Assembly (NCBI GenBank): GCA_046753905.1
Contig: JBHHUU010000002.1
Span: 1 to 42,190, forward strand
Origin: Nitrospirota bacterium
GTDB lineage: Bacteria > Nitrospirota > Nitrospiria > JBHHUU01
Reading direction: 5' to 3'
DNA: 42,190 nt
Shown here: in pieces, positions 25,062-35,338 of the stretch
How the letters are laid out: every line of letters starts with the position of its first letter
How positions within the stretch are numbered: the stretch's first letter is position 1
Translations under genes and position numbers: made by a program
Notes under the pieces: model-generated
Told to the model about the DNA's origin: nothing
Database searches by the model: none
What the model saw: only the letters and a program-made list of their open reading frames with translations

Positions 25062-25508
25062 TTATTTTACATCTATCTTTAATAATATCTTGATCTTGTC
25101 TTTTCCTTCTACCTCTTCCAGCCAGACATAGCCTATACCAGTGTCATTCGCTGATACAAACCTTATCACATCTTCCGAATCCTCTTTTATTTTTGGCGGT
25201 ATACCTCCCCTCTGGAACAGCCTTTGTATCCAGAAACTGTTATAATCTGAGATAGAGATATGCAGCACACTCTTTAGAAATAGTTTTTTAATCTCTGTAT
25301 CATCGATTTGATCCACAGGCTTAATCTTGAGACCTGCATCTATTAACTTATCACCTGTATATATATCCTTAATATCTCTAATACTTACTGACTCTTTTGG
25401 ATATCTGACATTTGCTATAACCGCTATTGTCTTTGCATAAACCTCTTGAAAGGATGCAAATAACAAAAAGAAAAAGAAAAGATATAAACAAATTTTTATT
25501 AACTTCAT
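25062..25508 (-). CDS. Small periplasmic PstS/PBP-like domain protein
   Basis: Start chosen at Met35 (ATG 25508) with a GGGGGGAGA RBS. It has a signal peptide. IRDIKDIYTGDKL...KPV...FLKSVL...SEDVIRFVSANDTGIGYVW resembles half of a PBP_like_2 phosphate-binding fold. Confidence 0.45.
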   Translation of the reverse strand: MKLIKICLYLFFFFLLFASFQEVYAKTIAVIANVRYPKESVSIRDIKDIYTGDKLIDAGLKIKPVDQIDDTEIKKLFLKSVLHISISDYNSFWIQRLFQRGGIPPKIKEDSEDVIRFVSANDTGIGYVWLEEVEGKDKIKILLKIDVK

Positions 25509-25578
25509 ATTCTCCCCCCTTTTCATTAATAAAGTTTTCTTGTTTTTACTGTCCTGTAAGTTATTGTGACTATATAGT

Positions 25579-26526
25579 TCACCTCCTCTCTTTCTGTAGG
25601 AAACAGGCATGCCTGTTCCCTACCAAAATCATCTCCACCAGCCTCTCATAATTGACACCTGCCTTTTTCGCTGATTTTGGAAGAAGGCTGCTCTCTGCCA
25701 TACCTGGTATGGTATTTATCTCAAGGAGATATGGTCTCAATTCTGTGTCTATCCTGAAATCAACCCTTGCAGCACCTCTGCACCCCAGCACCTGATAAAA
25801 AAGTAGTGCCAACCCCTGTACTTTTCTATATATCCCATCTGGCAGGTCAGCAGGGATTATATACCGAGACTTACCTTCAGTATATTTTGCCGTAAAATCA
25901 TAAAAGCCTTTCTCAGGGATAATCTCAATAACAGGCAGGGGATTATCATTTAATATCCCTACTGTAATCTCTCTCCCGTCTATATACTGCTCAATAATTA
26001 TTTCGTCATCATAGGTGAATGCATCCTCTATTGAACTGGACAATTCACTATCTTCTCTGACTATACTTATTCCCAGAGTAGAACCCTGAGACGAAGGCTT
26101 TATAACTACAGGATATTTAATATCACCCGGCAACTTATTAATAGTCTCCCATTCTCTTTTATTCAGGGCAAAAAAATCTGGTGTTGGTATTTTATGATAT
26201 GCCGCAATCTTTTTGGTCATCAACTTATCCATCCCAATAGCAGAGGCAAGCACTCCAGAGCCTGTATAGGGGATACTCAACAGTTCAAGCAGCCCCTGTA
26301 TTGTCCCGTCTTCTCCCCCCTTTCCATGCAGGCTAATAAAGGCAATCTCTACATTATGTCCCTTTAATCTCTCTACGATATCTTTATCTACATCAATTGC
26401 AATCACATTATACCCCATTCTTTCCAGAGCCCCCTTTACAGCAGTTCCACTCCTGATAGATATCTCTCTCTCCGCAGACCTACCACCCATTAATACGGCT
26501 ATTCTTTTTGTTGTAAGCAGTGCCAT
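25579..26526 (-). CDS. ddl: D-alanine--D-alanine ligase
   Basis: IAVLMGGRSAEREISIRSG, HGKGGEDGTIQGLLE, and ATP-grasp motifs (RVDFR..., LEINTIPGM). Confidence 0.9.
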   Translation of the reverse strand: MALLTTKRIAVLMGGRSAEREISIRSGTAVKGALERMGYNVIAIDVDKDIVERLKGHNVEIAFISLHGKGGEDGTIQGLLELLSIPYTGSGVLASAIGMDKLMTKKIAAYHKIPTPDFFALNKREWETINKLPGDIKYPVVIKPSSQGSTLGISIVREDSELSSSIEDAFTYDDEIIIEQYIDGREITVGILNDNPLPVIEIIPEKGFYDFTAKYTEGKSRYIIPADLPDGIYRKVQGLALLFYQVLGCRGAARVDFRIDTELRPYLLEINTIPGMAESSLLPKSAKKAGVNYERLVEMILVGNRHACFLQKERR

Positions 26527-26534
26527 CTCTTTTT

Positions 26535-26607
26535 CACCCTCACCCTAACCCTCTCCCATCAAGGGAGAGGGAACTCGTTGCTGGTTCAATCTTGTAGATT
26601 GAACCAG
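26535..26607. repeat. Composite REP-like palindromic element, copy 2
   Basis: CACCCTCACCCTAACCCTCTCCC-ATCAA-GGGAGAGGG, then CTGGTTCAATCT-TGT-AGATTGAACCAG. It has the same two-module layout as copy 1. Confidence 0.8.
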
Positions 26608-26650
26608 TCATAGTGAGATTCGTCTCTTAAACTCATCTTTTATTTTTGAT

Positions 26651-27595
26651 TTATCTTCCTTCTCTCCCTACGACCTTTACCTCCAATTCCAGTGTAATCC
26701 CCATTTCTTCCTCTATCCTCTTTCCTATATACCTAATCAGTGAGATTATATCCTTTGAACTTGCACTCCCTTTATTGATTATAAAGTTGGCATGTCTCTT
26801 TGATACCTCTGCATCGCCTATACGATAACCCTTGAGACCCACCTCTTCTATCAATCTCCCTGCACTATAACCTGAAGGGTTTTTAAATATACAGCCCGCA
26901 CTATGATCCCTTATCGGCTGTCTCTCTTTTCTATGGGCAAGCCTCTCTCTTATCAGACTCTCACTCTCAGATATATCGGCTTTCTTCAGCCTGAAGAGAC
27001 CGCCTATAATAATACCCGCAGGTATATGAGACCCCCTATAGGTAAATCCGGCTCCATCCCTTTTAATAACTCTTATTAATCCATACCTGTCAACAATCTT
27101 AATACTATCCAGTATACTGCTTATCTCCCACCCCTGTATTCCTGCATTCATCATTATAGCCCCGCCAACACTGCCGGGGATGCCTGTGGCAGACTCCATG
27201 CCGCTTAGTCCCTTTTTCTGGCAATACCTTACTAATCTTGGAAGGGAGAGACCTGACTCAACATAGAGAAGGGTATCATCCATCATAGTTACCCTGTTAA
27301 GCCTCTGCATATTTATTACCATGCCTCTAATCCCTCCATCCCTTACAATAAGATTTGTTCCCCCGCCTATGATAAATATAGGTATTTTCCTCTTTCTGCT
27401 ATTATCAATTAAAACCCTTATATCACTGACCTCTTCAGGAAAGACCATCAACTCCGCATCTCCCCCTGTCTTAAATGAGGTATGATTTTTCATCTGTTCG
27501 TTAAACCTTACCTCACAGGAGAGCCATTTCAGGAAGCTGTAATTATCCATAGAAGTCCTTATAGTCTCTCTAACAGCTCTTTTCCTATCTTCCAT
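26651..27595 (-). CDS. murB: UDP-N-acetylenolpyruvoylglucosamine reductase
   Basis: HTSFKTGG, GGGTNLIVRDGG, and the AGCIFKNP motif. The 27595 start overlaps murC by 37 nt; Met16 at 27550 is an alternative. Confidence 0.9.
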   Translation of the reverse strand: MEDRKRAVRETIRTSMDNYSFLKWLSCEVRFNEQMKNHTSFKTGGDAELMVFPEEVSDIRVLIDNSRKRKIPIFIIGGGTNLIVRDGGIRGMVINMQRLNRVTMMDDTLLYVESGLSLPRLVRYCQKKGLSGMESATGIPGSVGGAIMMNAGIQGWEISSILDSIKIVDRYGLIRVIKRDGAGFTYRGSHIPAGIIIGGLFRLKKADISESESLIRERLAHRKERQPIRDHSAGCIFKNPSGYSAGRLIEEVGLKGYRIGDAEVSKRHANFIINKGSASSKDIISLIRYIGKRIEEEMGITLELEVKVVGREGR

Positions 27596-28929
27596 ATATC
27601 CCCTGCTCCAAGGGTTATAACGATATCATTCGGCTTTAACAACTTTAATAGCTTCTCTACTATATCCTCCTTTTTTTCTATAAAAAAGATATCTTTACAT
27701 TTGCCATTTTCTTTTATATATTCATAGAGTCTTTGTCCTGAAATGCCTTTTATCGGCTCTTCTCCTGCAGGATATATCTCAGTCAGAAGGAGGATATCTG
27801 CATTATTAAAGGCATAAGCAAACTCTTCCATGAGATCCCTTGTTCTGGTAAATCTGTGAGGTTGAAACAGGGCAATAACCCGCCTGTCCCATGCACCTTT
27901 CAGGGCATTTAATGTGACCTCTATCTCTGTGGGGTGATGTCCATAATCGTCTATGACCATTACTCCATTCTTTTCACCCTTCAACTGAAATCTTCTCTCC
28001 ACACCGCTGAATCCTGATAATCCCTCTTTGATCGCCTCTATATCTATCTCTAATTCAATGGCAACACCGATAGCTGCCAATGCGTTATAGACACTATGCA
28101 GCCCTGGCAGTGATAACCTGAATCTTCCCATATCCTCCTTTTTATATGAGACATGAAACTCTGATCTCCACTCATTTAGTCTGATCTCACCTGCACACAG
28201 ATCAGCATCTGGATCTTCTATGCTATAGGTCATATACCTCTTTGTTATCTGCGGAATAAGTGCCTTTATATTTGGCTGGTCAAGACAGATGACAGCCATG
28301 CCATAAAAAGGCACTTTGTTTATAAAGTTTAAAAAACCTTTCTTTATATTATCCATATCCTTATAATGATCTATATGTTCTTTATCAATTGTCGTGACTA
28401 CTGCAATAGTAGGTGACAGTAAAAGGAATGATCCATCGCTCTCATCTGCCTCTGCAACAAGAAATTCACCCTGACCCAATTTTGCATTACTGCCAAGGAC
28501 ATTAAGTTTTCCGCCCAATACTACTGTGGGATCAAAACCAGCCTGTGCTAATACTGTAGCTACCATTGATGTAGTGGTTGTCTTTCCATGTGATCCTGCG
28601 ATGGCAATGCTATACTTCATCCTCATAAGCTCTGCCAGCATCTCTGCGCGGGGAATCACAGGTATATGTCTCTCTATTGCAGCCCGCACCTCTACATTGT
28701 TCTTTGACACAGCCGATGATGTTACTATTACCTGTGCCCCTTCTATGTGTAAAGGGGCATGACCTGTATATATCTTTCCCCCCTTTGACTCCAATCTCCT
28801 TGTTGTATCTGATACTCTGAGATCAGAACCAGTAACCTTATATCCGAGGTTTAACAGCACCTCTGCTATACCGCTCATCCCTGAACCGCCAATCCCCACA
28901 AAATGTATCTGATGAATCTTTCTAAACAT
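27559..28929 (-). CDS. murC: UDP-N-acetylmuramate--L-alanine ligase
   Basis: IHFVGIGGSGMSGIAEVL, AIAGSHGKTTTTSM, DDYGHHPTEI. Confidence 0.92.
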   Translation of the reverse strand: MFRKIHQIHFVGIGGSGMSGIAEVLLNLGYKVTGSDLRVSDTTRRLESKGGKIYTGHAPLHIEGAQVIVTSSAVSKNNVEVRAAIERHIPVIPRAEMLAELMRMKYSIAIAGSHGKTTTTSMVATVLAQAGFDPTVVLGGKLNVLGSNAKLGQGEFLVAEADESDGSFLLLSPTIAVVTTIDKEHIDHYKDMDNIKKGFLNFINKVPFYGMAVICLDQPNIKALIPQITKRYMTYSIEDPDADLCAGEIRLNEWRSEFHVSYKKEDMGRFRLSLPGLHSVYNALAAIGVAIELEIDIEAIKEGLSGFSGVERRFQLKGEKNGVMVIDDYGHHPTEIEVTLNALKGAWDRRVIALFQPHRFTRTRDLMEEFAYAFNNADILLLTEIYPAGEEPIKGISGQRLYEYIKENGKCKDIFFIEKKEDIVEKLLKLLKPNDIVITLGAGDIWKIGKELLERL

Positions 28930-29115
28930 AAACTCTCCTCATGATTGTTCCTTTAATTTTTGCAGAACTTCAATGCCTTCTCTAACCTTTCAATGGCATA
29001 TATAGTTTCATCTTTCATAAATCACCTTTGATAATACCAATAATGCCTCATCACTAGTTCTTATTCAACATCCATTAATATATGAGCAGACTCTCCCCAA
29101 TCGGATATTTATCCC

Positions 29116-30183
29116 TCAAATTAGCTTCATACATAGCTCCACTATTTCCTCTGCTGCCTTGATATTTCCAAGTGCCCTGCTATTTTCTTTCATCTTTTTC
29201 AGCCTCATATTATCATCTATTAATTCTCTAATTACACCTGATAATACCTCTCCTGATAACTCTCTGTCATCTATTACAATCGCTGCCCCTGCATCAGCAA
29301 GGCTCTCTGCATTCTTCCTCTGGTGGTCATGGGTAGCATATGGATATGGGATCAGTATGGCAGGGATTCCTATGGCTGTTATCTCGGCAATGGTTGTGGC
29401 CCCTGCACGGGATATGACTATGTCAGCCATATTATACGCCTCAGCCATATCATATATATATGGCTCTATCCTCCCATTGAATCCGATCTTTTCATACTCT
29501 TCCTTTATATACTCATAATCCTTTTTGCCTGTCTGATGGATAAAAGATATCCTCTCCTTTAAATCCTCAAGATAACTCAATGCATCTATCACTGCCATAT
29601 TTATCGAATGCGCACCCTGACTGCCTCCAAATATAAATATGGTCTTTATCTTATTTTCTCCTGTCTCCTCTTCTTTTACCATCTCTCTTCTTACAGGATT
29701 CCCTATTCTTACAATATTAGCCCTTATAAAATATTTCTTTGAATCCTCAAAAGATGTTACTACATATTTTACCAGAGGAGCCAATATCCTGTTTGTAACG
29801 CCAGGTATCATATTCGGTTCAAGTATTATGCAGTTCTTTCTTAAAAAGAGAGCCATGAGGAGGATAGGTCCTGAAGAATATCCTCCAATACCGATAACTA
29901 TATCAGGTCTAAACCTTATAAGTATCTTCAATGAATCAAAGAAGGCACATGGCAATAAAAACAGGGAATATATGGCATTAATCTTCCCCTTTCCTATCAG
30001 ACCTTCAACCCTGATAAGGGCTAACCTTAATCCCTCTCTATGCAGCACCATTGTCTCAATACCTCTCTCTGTCCCTGCAAACAGGATGTCTGTATCTCTA
30101 TCTCTCCTTTGAAATTCCCTCGCCAGTGCAATGCCAGGATATAGATGTCCTCCTGTCCCGCCACATGCTAATAATACCTTCAT
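29116..30183 (-). CDS. murG: Lipid II-forming UDP-GlcNAc transferase MurG
   Basis: ACGGTGGHLYPGIALA, GGSQGA, and position between ftsW and murC. Confidence 0.92.
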   Translation of the reverse strand: MKVLLACGGTGGHLYPGIALAREFQRRDRDTDILFAGTERGIETMVLHREGLRLALIRVEGLIGKGKINAIYSLFLLPCAFFDSLKILIRFRPDIVIGIGGYSSGPILLMALFLRKNCIILEPNMIPGVTNRILAPLVKYVVTSFEDSKKYFIRANIVRIGNPVRREMVKEEETGENKIKTIFIFGGSQGAHSINMAVIDALSYLEDLKERISFIHQTGKKDYEYIKEEYEKIGFNGRIEPYIYDMAEAYNMADIVISRAGATTIAEITAIGIPAILIPYPYATHDHQRKNAESLADAGAAIVIDDRELSGEVLSGVIRELIDDNMRLKKMKENSRALGNIKAAEEIVELCMKLI

Positions 30184-31319
30184 CTCCTAACTCCTGTCTG
30201 CATCTCTTTTGATATATTCAACAATATCCCTACTCCAATCGAGTTTACTATTAGAGAAGAGCCTCCATAACTGAGAAATGGAAGGGATAATCCTGTTGTG
30301 GGTAAAAGCCCTGTTACTACACTAACATTTATCATCACATGAAGGTTTATCATTAATACAATCCCATACGCGAGATACCTTCCGAATCTGTCAGATGTAT
30401 GCATAGCTATCCTAAACCCCTTCCAGAAGAGTATTATGTAGAGGCTGATTATGGTGACTGTAACAAAGAGACCGAGCTCTTCTCCTATTAAGGCAAAGAT
30501 AAAGTCTGTATGCACCTCTGGAAGGAAAAATAGCTTCTGCCTCCCCTCTGCTATCCCTACTCCCAGCAATCCCCCTCTTCCAAAGGCAAGCAGAGACTGG
30601 ACAATTTGAAAACCAGCCCCCTTATAACAGCTCCATGGATCAATAAAACATCCCAGCCTGTCTGTAATATGGTTATAATTACTCCTGTTTGCCATTATAA
30701 ATAGAGAGAGTGAGGATATACCTGAGAGGCTTAATAAAAGGACATGCGTCTTTTTTGTCCCAGCTATAAATAGGAGTAACATAGAGATTGTGCCTATAAA
30801 TATAGCTGTTCCTGCATCAGGTTCAACAATAATAAGAAACATTATTACACCTATAACAGACAGGGGAAATATAAGCCCTGACTTAAAATTCTCTATCTTC
30901 TCCCCATTCTTTATTGCATATCGGGATAGAAAGATAATAACCATTAATTTGGCAAACTCTGACGATTGAATAGATAATCCTCCTATCTTCAGCCATCTGT
31001 ATGAGCCATTTATCCTCTTACAGAATGGCTCACTGCAAAATGGAGGCAATATTATTATTAATAAAGAGAGGGTAATCACAAATAAAGGCAAAAATAATAC
31101 CCTCTTCTGCAGGAGCTTATAATTCAAATTAGAACATCCAATCATCATACCTATCCCAAGCATCCCCCATACCAACTGTTTTTTAAAAAAATATAATGAG
31201 TCCTTATACCTTTCATCAGCTATTATTGTAGTACTGCTATAGGTCATTACTATCCCAAGTACTATCAGAAAAAGGGTTATAAAAAATATAGTCCTGTCAA
31301 ATGTCTCTATTTTTCTCAT
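30180..31319 (-). CDS. ftsW: SEDS-family lipid II polymerase/flippase FtsW
   Basis: 379 aa polytopic protein. QSSEFAKL, PEVHTDFIFA, LPFLSYGGSS. Confidence 0.9.
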   Translation of the reverse strand: MRKIETFDRTIFFITLFLIVLGIVMTYSSTTIIADERYKDSLYFFKKQLVWGMLGIGMMIGCSNLNYKLLQKRVLFLPLFVITLSLLIIILPPFCSEPFCKRINGSYRWLKIGGLSIQSSEFAKLMVIIFLSRYAIKNGEKIENFKSGLIFPLSVIGVIMFLIIVEPDAGTAIFIGTISMLLLFIAGTKKTHVLLLSLSGISSLSLFIMANRSNYNHITDRLGCFIDPWSCYKGAGFQIVQSLLAFGRGGLLGVGIAEGRQKLFFLPEVHTDFIFALIGEELGLFVTVTIISLYIILFWKGFRIAMHTSDRFGRYLAYGIVLMINLHVMINVSVVTGLLPTTGLSLPFLSYGGSSLIVNSIGVGILLNISKEMQTGVRR

Positions 31320-31343
31320 GGCTAACTGGTCAGTCGTTCTCTA

Positions 31344-32693
31344 TCATAATCCATTTACAATATCTTTAAATATCCTTCCTCTCTCTTCAAAATCTCTGAA
31401 CATATCAAAACTTGCACATGCCGGAGATAGTAGGACAATATCACCTTCCTTTGCATATCCTGAGGCACGCAGCACAGCGTCTGATAGAGAATCAGCCATA
31501 TCAATATCAGAACAATCAGATAATATATCCTTCATCTTTGCAGATGCCTCCCCTATAAGTATAAGATTTTTGACCTTCTTAGATACTATCTCTCTCAAAG
31601 GCTTAAAATCAGATCCCTTGTCTCTGCCGCCTGCAATAAGTATTATAGGTTCACTGAAGCTACTCAGGGATTTTATTACTGCACCGACATTTGTCCCCTT
31701 TGAATCATTAAAAAATTTGACTCCTTTTATCTCTCTTACAAACTCCATCCTGTGTTCTAAGGAAGAAAAACCCAAAACTGCCTCTCTGACCAGATCTCTA
31801 TCACAACCCCATAAAAGAGAGATGGCAGATGCAGCAAGGATATTCTCACAATTATGGAGACCCCTGATCTTGAGTTCATCTAACTTGCAGATCGGAAAAG
31901 TGTCTCCTCCTAAATTCGAGACAATATGATCTCCTTCTATATAGACACCCTCTTCCAGAGTTTTCTCTCTGCTAAACGATACTATCCGTGACCTGATAGA
32001 GGATGACATCAGCCTTTCGCTTATCGGATCATCAGCATTGATAACAGTATAATCATCCCTATCCTGATTCATGAATATCCTCAACTTTGCATCTGTATAT
32101 TCATCCATACCCATATATCTATCCATATGATCAGGGGTTATGTTTAGTATGACACCTATATAAGGTCTGAACTCCTCTATCCCCTCTAACTGAAAACTGC
32201 TTACCTCTGCCACAATCAGGTCATATCTGTTCTCCTTAATAATCGCCTCTGATATTGGTCTCCCAAGGTTACCTCCTACAAAGATATTCATTTCCATCCT
32301 TTTTATGATCTCTCCTACCAGAGTAGTTACAGTACTCTTTCCATTAGTCCCTGTAATAGCAATAATCGGAATATCAAGATATCTGAATGCCAGCTCTATC
32401 TCACTGATAACCTTTACTCCCTTCTCCTTTGCCAGTAATAAAGGAGCGATATCTGACGGGACGCCAGGGCTTACCACAATAAGGTCACTATCCTCAAAAT
32501 CTGATTCAGTATGTTCTCCCAGCCTATATCTTATATCCAGCCCATCTAACCGGGCAATCTCTTCCCTTAATTCACCCTCTCCCTTTATATCAGTAACTGT
32601 AACAAGAGCAGAATTATCAGATAAAAATCTGGCAGATGCTATCCCGCTCTTTGCAAGACCTACAATTAATACCTTTTTGCCTGAGAGATACAT
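31344..32693 (-). CDS. murD: UDP-N-acetylmuramoylalanine--D-glutamate ligase
   Basis: VGLAKSGIASARFL, ITGTNGKSTVTTL, GGRDKG. Confidence 0.92.
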   Translation of the reverse strand: MYLSGKKVLIVGLAKSGIASARFLSDNSALVTVTDIKGEGELREEIARLDGLDIRYRLGEHTESDFEDSDLIVVSPGVPSDIAPLLLAKEKGVKVISEIELAFRYLDIPIIAITGTNGKSTVTTLVGEIIKRMEMNIFVGGNLGRPISEAIIKENRYDLIVAEVSSFQLEGIEEFRPYIGVILNITPDHMDRYMGMDEYTDAKLRIFMNQDRDDYTVINADDPISERLMSSSIRSRIVSFSREKTLEEGVYIEGDHIVSNLGGDTFPICKLDELKIRGLHNCENILAASAISLLWGCDRDLVREAVLGFSSLEHRMEFVREIKGVKFFNDSKGTNVGAVIKSLSSFSEPIILIAGGRDKGSDFKPLREIVSKKVKNLILIGEASAKMKDILSDCSDIDMADSLSDAVLRASGYAKEGDIVLLSPACASFDMFRDFEERGRIFKDIVNGL

Positions 32694-32706
32694 GTTTTGT
32701 TCAAAT

Positions 32707-32772
32707 GGGTGCAGTTGTCAGGGTGCAGAAAAAATCTTTAAACCTGCACCCTGCACCCTGACAACTGCACCC
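32707..32772. repeat. 22-bp perfect inverted repeat built from heptamer units (mraY-murD spacer)
   Basis: GGGTGCAGTTGTCAGGGTGCAG at 32707-32728 is the exact reverse complement of CTGCACCCTGACAACTGCACCC at 32751-32772. An extra CTGCACC unit sits in the loop. Confidence 0.85.
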
Positions 32773-32782
32773 TCCTTAGTAT

Positions 32783-33859
32783 TCACCTCAATTTCAGCGT
32801 ACTCAGACTGAGCAGCGCCAATATTATCGCAATGATCCAGAACCTCACTATCACTTTTGGCTCTTCCCATCCCTTTAGTTCAAAGTGATGGTGAATAGGC
32901 GCCATCAAGAACATCCTCTTCCCACGCGATTTAAATGATACAACCTGAAATATTACAGAGATAGTCTCTATTACAAATATCCCGCCTACCAATACCAATA
33001 ATAGTTCATGTTTGGAGATAACAGCCACTGTCCCAAGTGCAGCGCCTAATGGAATAGACCCCACATCTCCCATGAAGATAGAGGCAGGATATGTATTAAA
33101 CCAGAGAAAGCCAAGGGTTGCTCCAACAATGGCGCCGCAATATATTGCAAGCTCTCCAGAACCGTCTATATAATTGATCAAAAGGTATTCAGCAAACTTA
33201 ACATGACCCGTCACATAAGTTACTATAGTATAGGCAAGAGCTGCCACAGTAACAGGACCTGCTGCCAAACCGTCTAATCCATCAGTCAGGTTTACTGCAT
33301 TAGATGCGCCAGTAATTACCAGAATCACAAAGGGGATATAAAACCAGCCCAGGTCAGGGTTGATGCCCTTGAAAAACGGGACAGTAATTATAGTAGAATA
33401 TGAAGGTGATAGATAGAGAAAGAGGCTGATTCCAAATGCACAGATAATCTGAAGACCAAGTTTATACCTTGGCATAAGCCCTAATGACCTGTTCTTGGCA
33501 AACTTGAGATAGTCGTCCCAGAAGCCGATACTGCCAAAGCCAATAATTGCAAAGAGAGCCACCCAGATATATCTATTCTTCATATCTGCCCATAATATGG
33601 TAGGGATAATAATGGCTGTCAGGATTATTATTCCCCCCATGGTTGGTGTGCCAGACTTGCTTAGATGAGAGGATGGTCCATCTTCTCTAATATGCTGCCT
33701 GATATGACATCTCTTCAGTGCCCTGATAATATATGGACCGATAATAACACTTATTGCAAATGCCATAATTGAGGCATAGATAGTCCTGAAGGTAATATAT
33801 CTGAATATATTAAAAAATGAATAGTATGTATGTAAAGGATAAAGCAGATTATATATCAT
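32783..33859 (-). CDS. mraY: Phospho-N-acetylmuramoyl-pentapeptide transferase
   Basis: [28 protein letters not shown], and [12 protein letters not shown]. Confidence 0.95.
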   Translation of the reverse strand: MIYNLLYPLHTYYSFFNIFRYITFRTIYASIMAFAISVIIGPYIIRALKRCHIRQHIREDGPSSHLSKSGTPTMGGIIILTAIIIPTILWADMKNRYIWVALFAIIGFGSIGFWDDYLKFAKNRSLGLMPRYKLGLQIICAFGISLFLYLSPSYSTIITVPFFKGINPDLGWFYIPFVILVITGASNAVNLTDGLDGLAAGPVTVAALAYTIVTYVTGHVKFAEYLLINYIDGSGELAIYCGAIVGATLGFLWFNTYPASIFMGDVGSIPLGAALGTVAVISKHELLLVLVGGIFVIETISVIFQVVSFKSRGKRMFLMAPIHHHFELKGWEEPKVIVRFWIIAIILALLSLSTLKLR

Positions 33860-35271
33860 TGTTTGTTCTGATAACCCTCCATCATCTCTATTATGGTCTC
33901 CATCTTCATGCCGCGGGAGCCTTTTATAAGCACAATATCTCCCTTTTTTATTATTCTCTGAAGGGCATCTACAGCCTCATTATGATATTCACATATATCT
34001 ACCCTTCCATCTTCCATGCCTGCATTAATAGCACCCTCTCCTATCAGTCTCCCTGATTGTCCTATGGTTATAATATGGTTAACCCCTTTCTGGACGATAT
34101 CCCTGCCAAGTTTAAGGTGTGCCTCTTCTCTATATCCACCCAACTCAAACATATCACCAACTACGGCAATAACCCTGCCGCTATCTTTTAAGTCCATTGC
34201 CATATCAATGGCAGAGATCATGGATACAGGATTGGCATTATAGGAATCATCAATAATCCTGATATCGCCTGCCTCTCTTATTCCACCTCTCATGGATAAA
34301 GGCTTGAAATCCTCCAGCCCTTCTTTTATAAGGTCAATATCCATATCAAATATTGTTCCGACTGTAGACGCAGCCAATGCATTATAGACATTATGCCTCC
34401 CAAACAGAGGGAGAGAGACCCTCCTCTTCTCTCTATTTATCTTTAATGAAAAAGATAATCCTCTCTTATGGTCTATCCTTATATCTTCAGCCATAATATC
34501 CGCATCTCTATCAATCCCAAACCTCATCAGTTTCCCTTTAACCTTCTTTTCAAGTCTTTCAAGATTGGTGTCATCCCCATTCAGCACAATTGTCCCTTTC
34601 TCACCTATTGATGATATGATCTCTCCCTTGCCTTCTCTCACACCATCTATATCCTTTAATGTCTCAAGATGTGTATATCCGATATTGGTTATTACTCCAA
34701 TATCAGGACAAGCTATCTCACAGAGCCTGCTCAACTCCCCTTTCAGGCTTATACCCATCTCAATTACTGCTGCCTCATGTATCGGTTTTAACCTAAACAG
34801 TGTAAGAGGTACACCGATATGATTATTGATATTCCCCTCGCTCTTTAGCAGATTAAACCTCTTACCCAATATACCTGCTGTCATCTCCTTTGTAGTAGTC
34901 TTTCCATTGCTCCCTGTAATTGCCACGAGGGAGAGTGCAAATATCTTCCTATAAGATGAGGCGATATCCTGCAATGCCCTCAGGGTATCAGCTACCTTTA
35001 TTAATACCCTCTCTTTGAGCAGACTCTCAGGAATAGTTGCAACTATAGAAGGCCATCTCCCTGACTCTACTATTACCCCAGATGCCCCCTTTGACAGGGT
35101 GTCCTTAATAAAATCATTGCCATCAAAATTTTTCCCTGATATAGGTATAAAAATCTCCCCCCTTTTAATAGTCCTCGAGTCAATAGAGATACCTTTTATA
35201 GTCATATCTTTATCAGTTTCTCTTATAATCTTTCCTTTTGACCATAATATAAGGTCTTTTGTAGTAATCAT
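33856..35271 (-). CDS. murF: UDP-MurNAc-tripeptide--D-alanyl-D-alanine ligase
   Basis: [21 protein letters not shown], and position between murE and mraY. Confidence 0.9.
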   Translation of the reverse strand: MITTKDLILWSKGKIIRETDKDMTIKGISIDSRTIKRGEIFIPISGKNFDGNDFIKDTLSKGASGVIVESGRWPSIVATIPESLLKERVLIKVADTLRALQDIASSYRKIFALSLVAITGSNGKTTTKEMTAGILGKRFNLLKSEGNINNHIGVPLTLFRLKPIHEAAVIEMGISLKGELSRLCEIACPDIGVITNIGYTHLETLKDIDGVREGKGEIISSIGEKGTIVLNGDDTNLERLEKKVKGKLMRFGIDRDADIMAEDIRIDHKRGLSFSLKINREKRRVSLPLFGRHNVYNALAASTVGTIFDMDIDLIKEGLEDFKPLSMRGGIREAGDIRIIDDSYNANPVSMISAIDMAMDLKDSGRVIAVVGDMFELGGYREEAHLKLGRDIVQKGVNHIITIGQSGRLIGEGAINAGMEDGRVDICEYHNEAVDALQRIIKKGDIVLIKGSRGMKMETIIEMMEGYQNKQ

Positions 35272-35295
35272 GTTATTTTAAGTCCCAAAGCCCCC

Positions 35296-35338
35296 CTCAC
35301 CCTAACCCTCTCCCACGAGGGGAGAGGGTTAGGGTGAG
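35296..35338. repeat. REP-like element, copy 3: perfect 19-bp stem hairpin
   Basis: CTCACCCTAACCCTCTCCC-ACGAG-GGGAGAGGGTTAGGGTGAG. It overlaps the last codons and stop of the murE ORF (35329). Confidence 0.85.

Noticed and set aside
28953-29018. 21-codon minus-strand micro-ORF (MKDETIYAIERLEKALKFCKN) with a GGTGA RBS in the 186-nt murG-murC gap
   Set aside because: It is too short to evaluate from sequence alone and could arise by chance in AT-rich DNA. It would need ribosome profiling or conservation evidence.
29639-32811. Long + strand ORFs (29639-30112, 31318-31929, 32305-32811) opposite murG, murD and mraY
   Set aside because: Each is antisense to a dcw gene with clear catalytic motifs. 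Their Ser/Leu/Ile/Pro-rich low-complexity products suggest shadow ORFs. The same reasoning applies to 21067-21441 and 21871-22227 opposite ftsZ and ftsA.
35296-35338. REP hairpins as rho-independent terminators
   Set aside because: No U-rich tract follows any copy on the transcribed strand, and they sit between essential co-oriented genes that need read-through.
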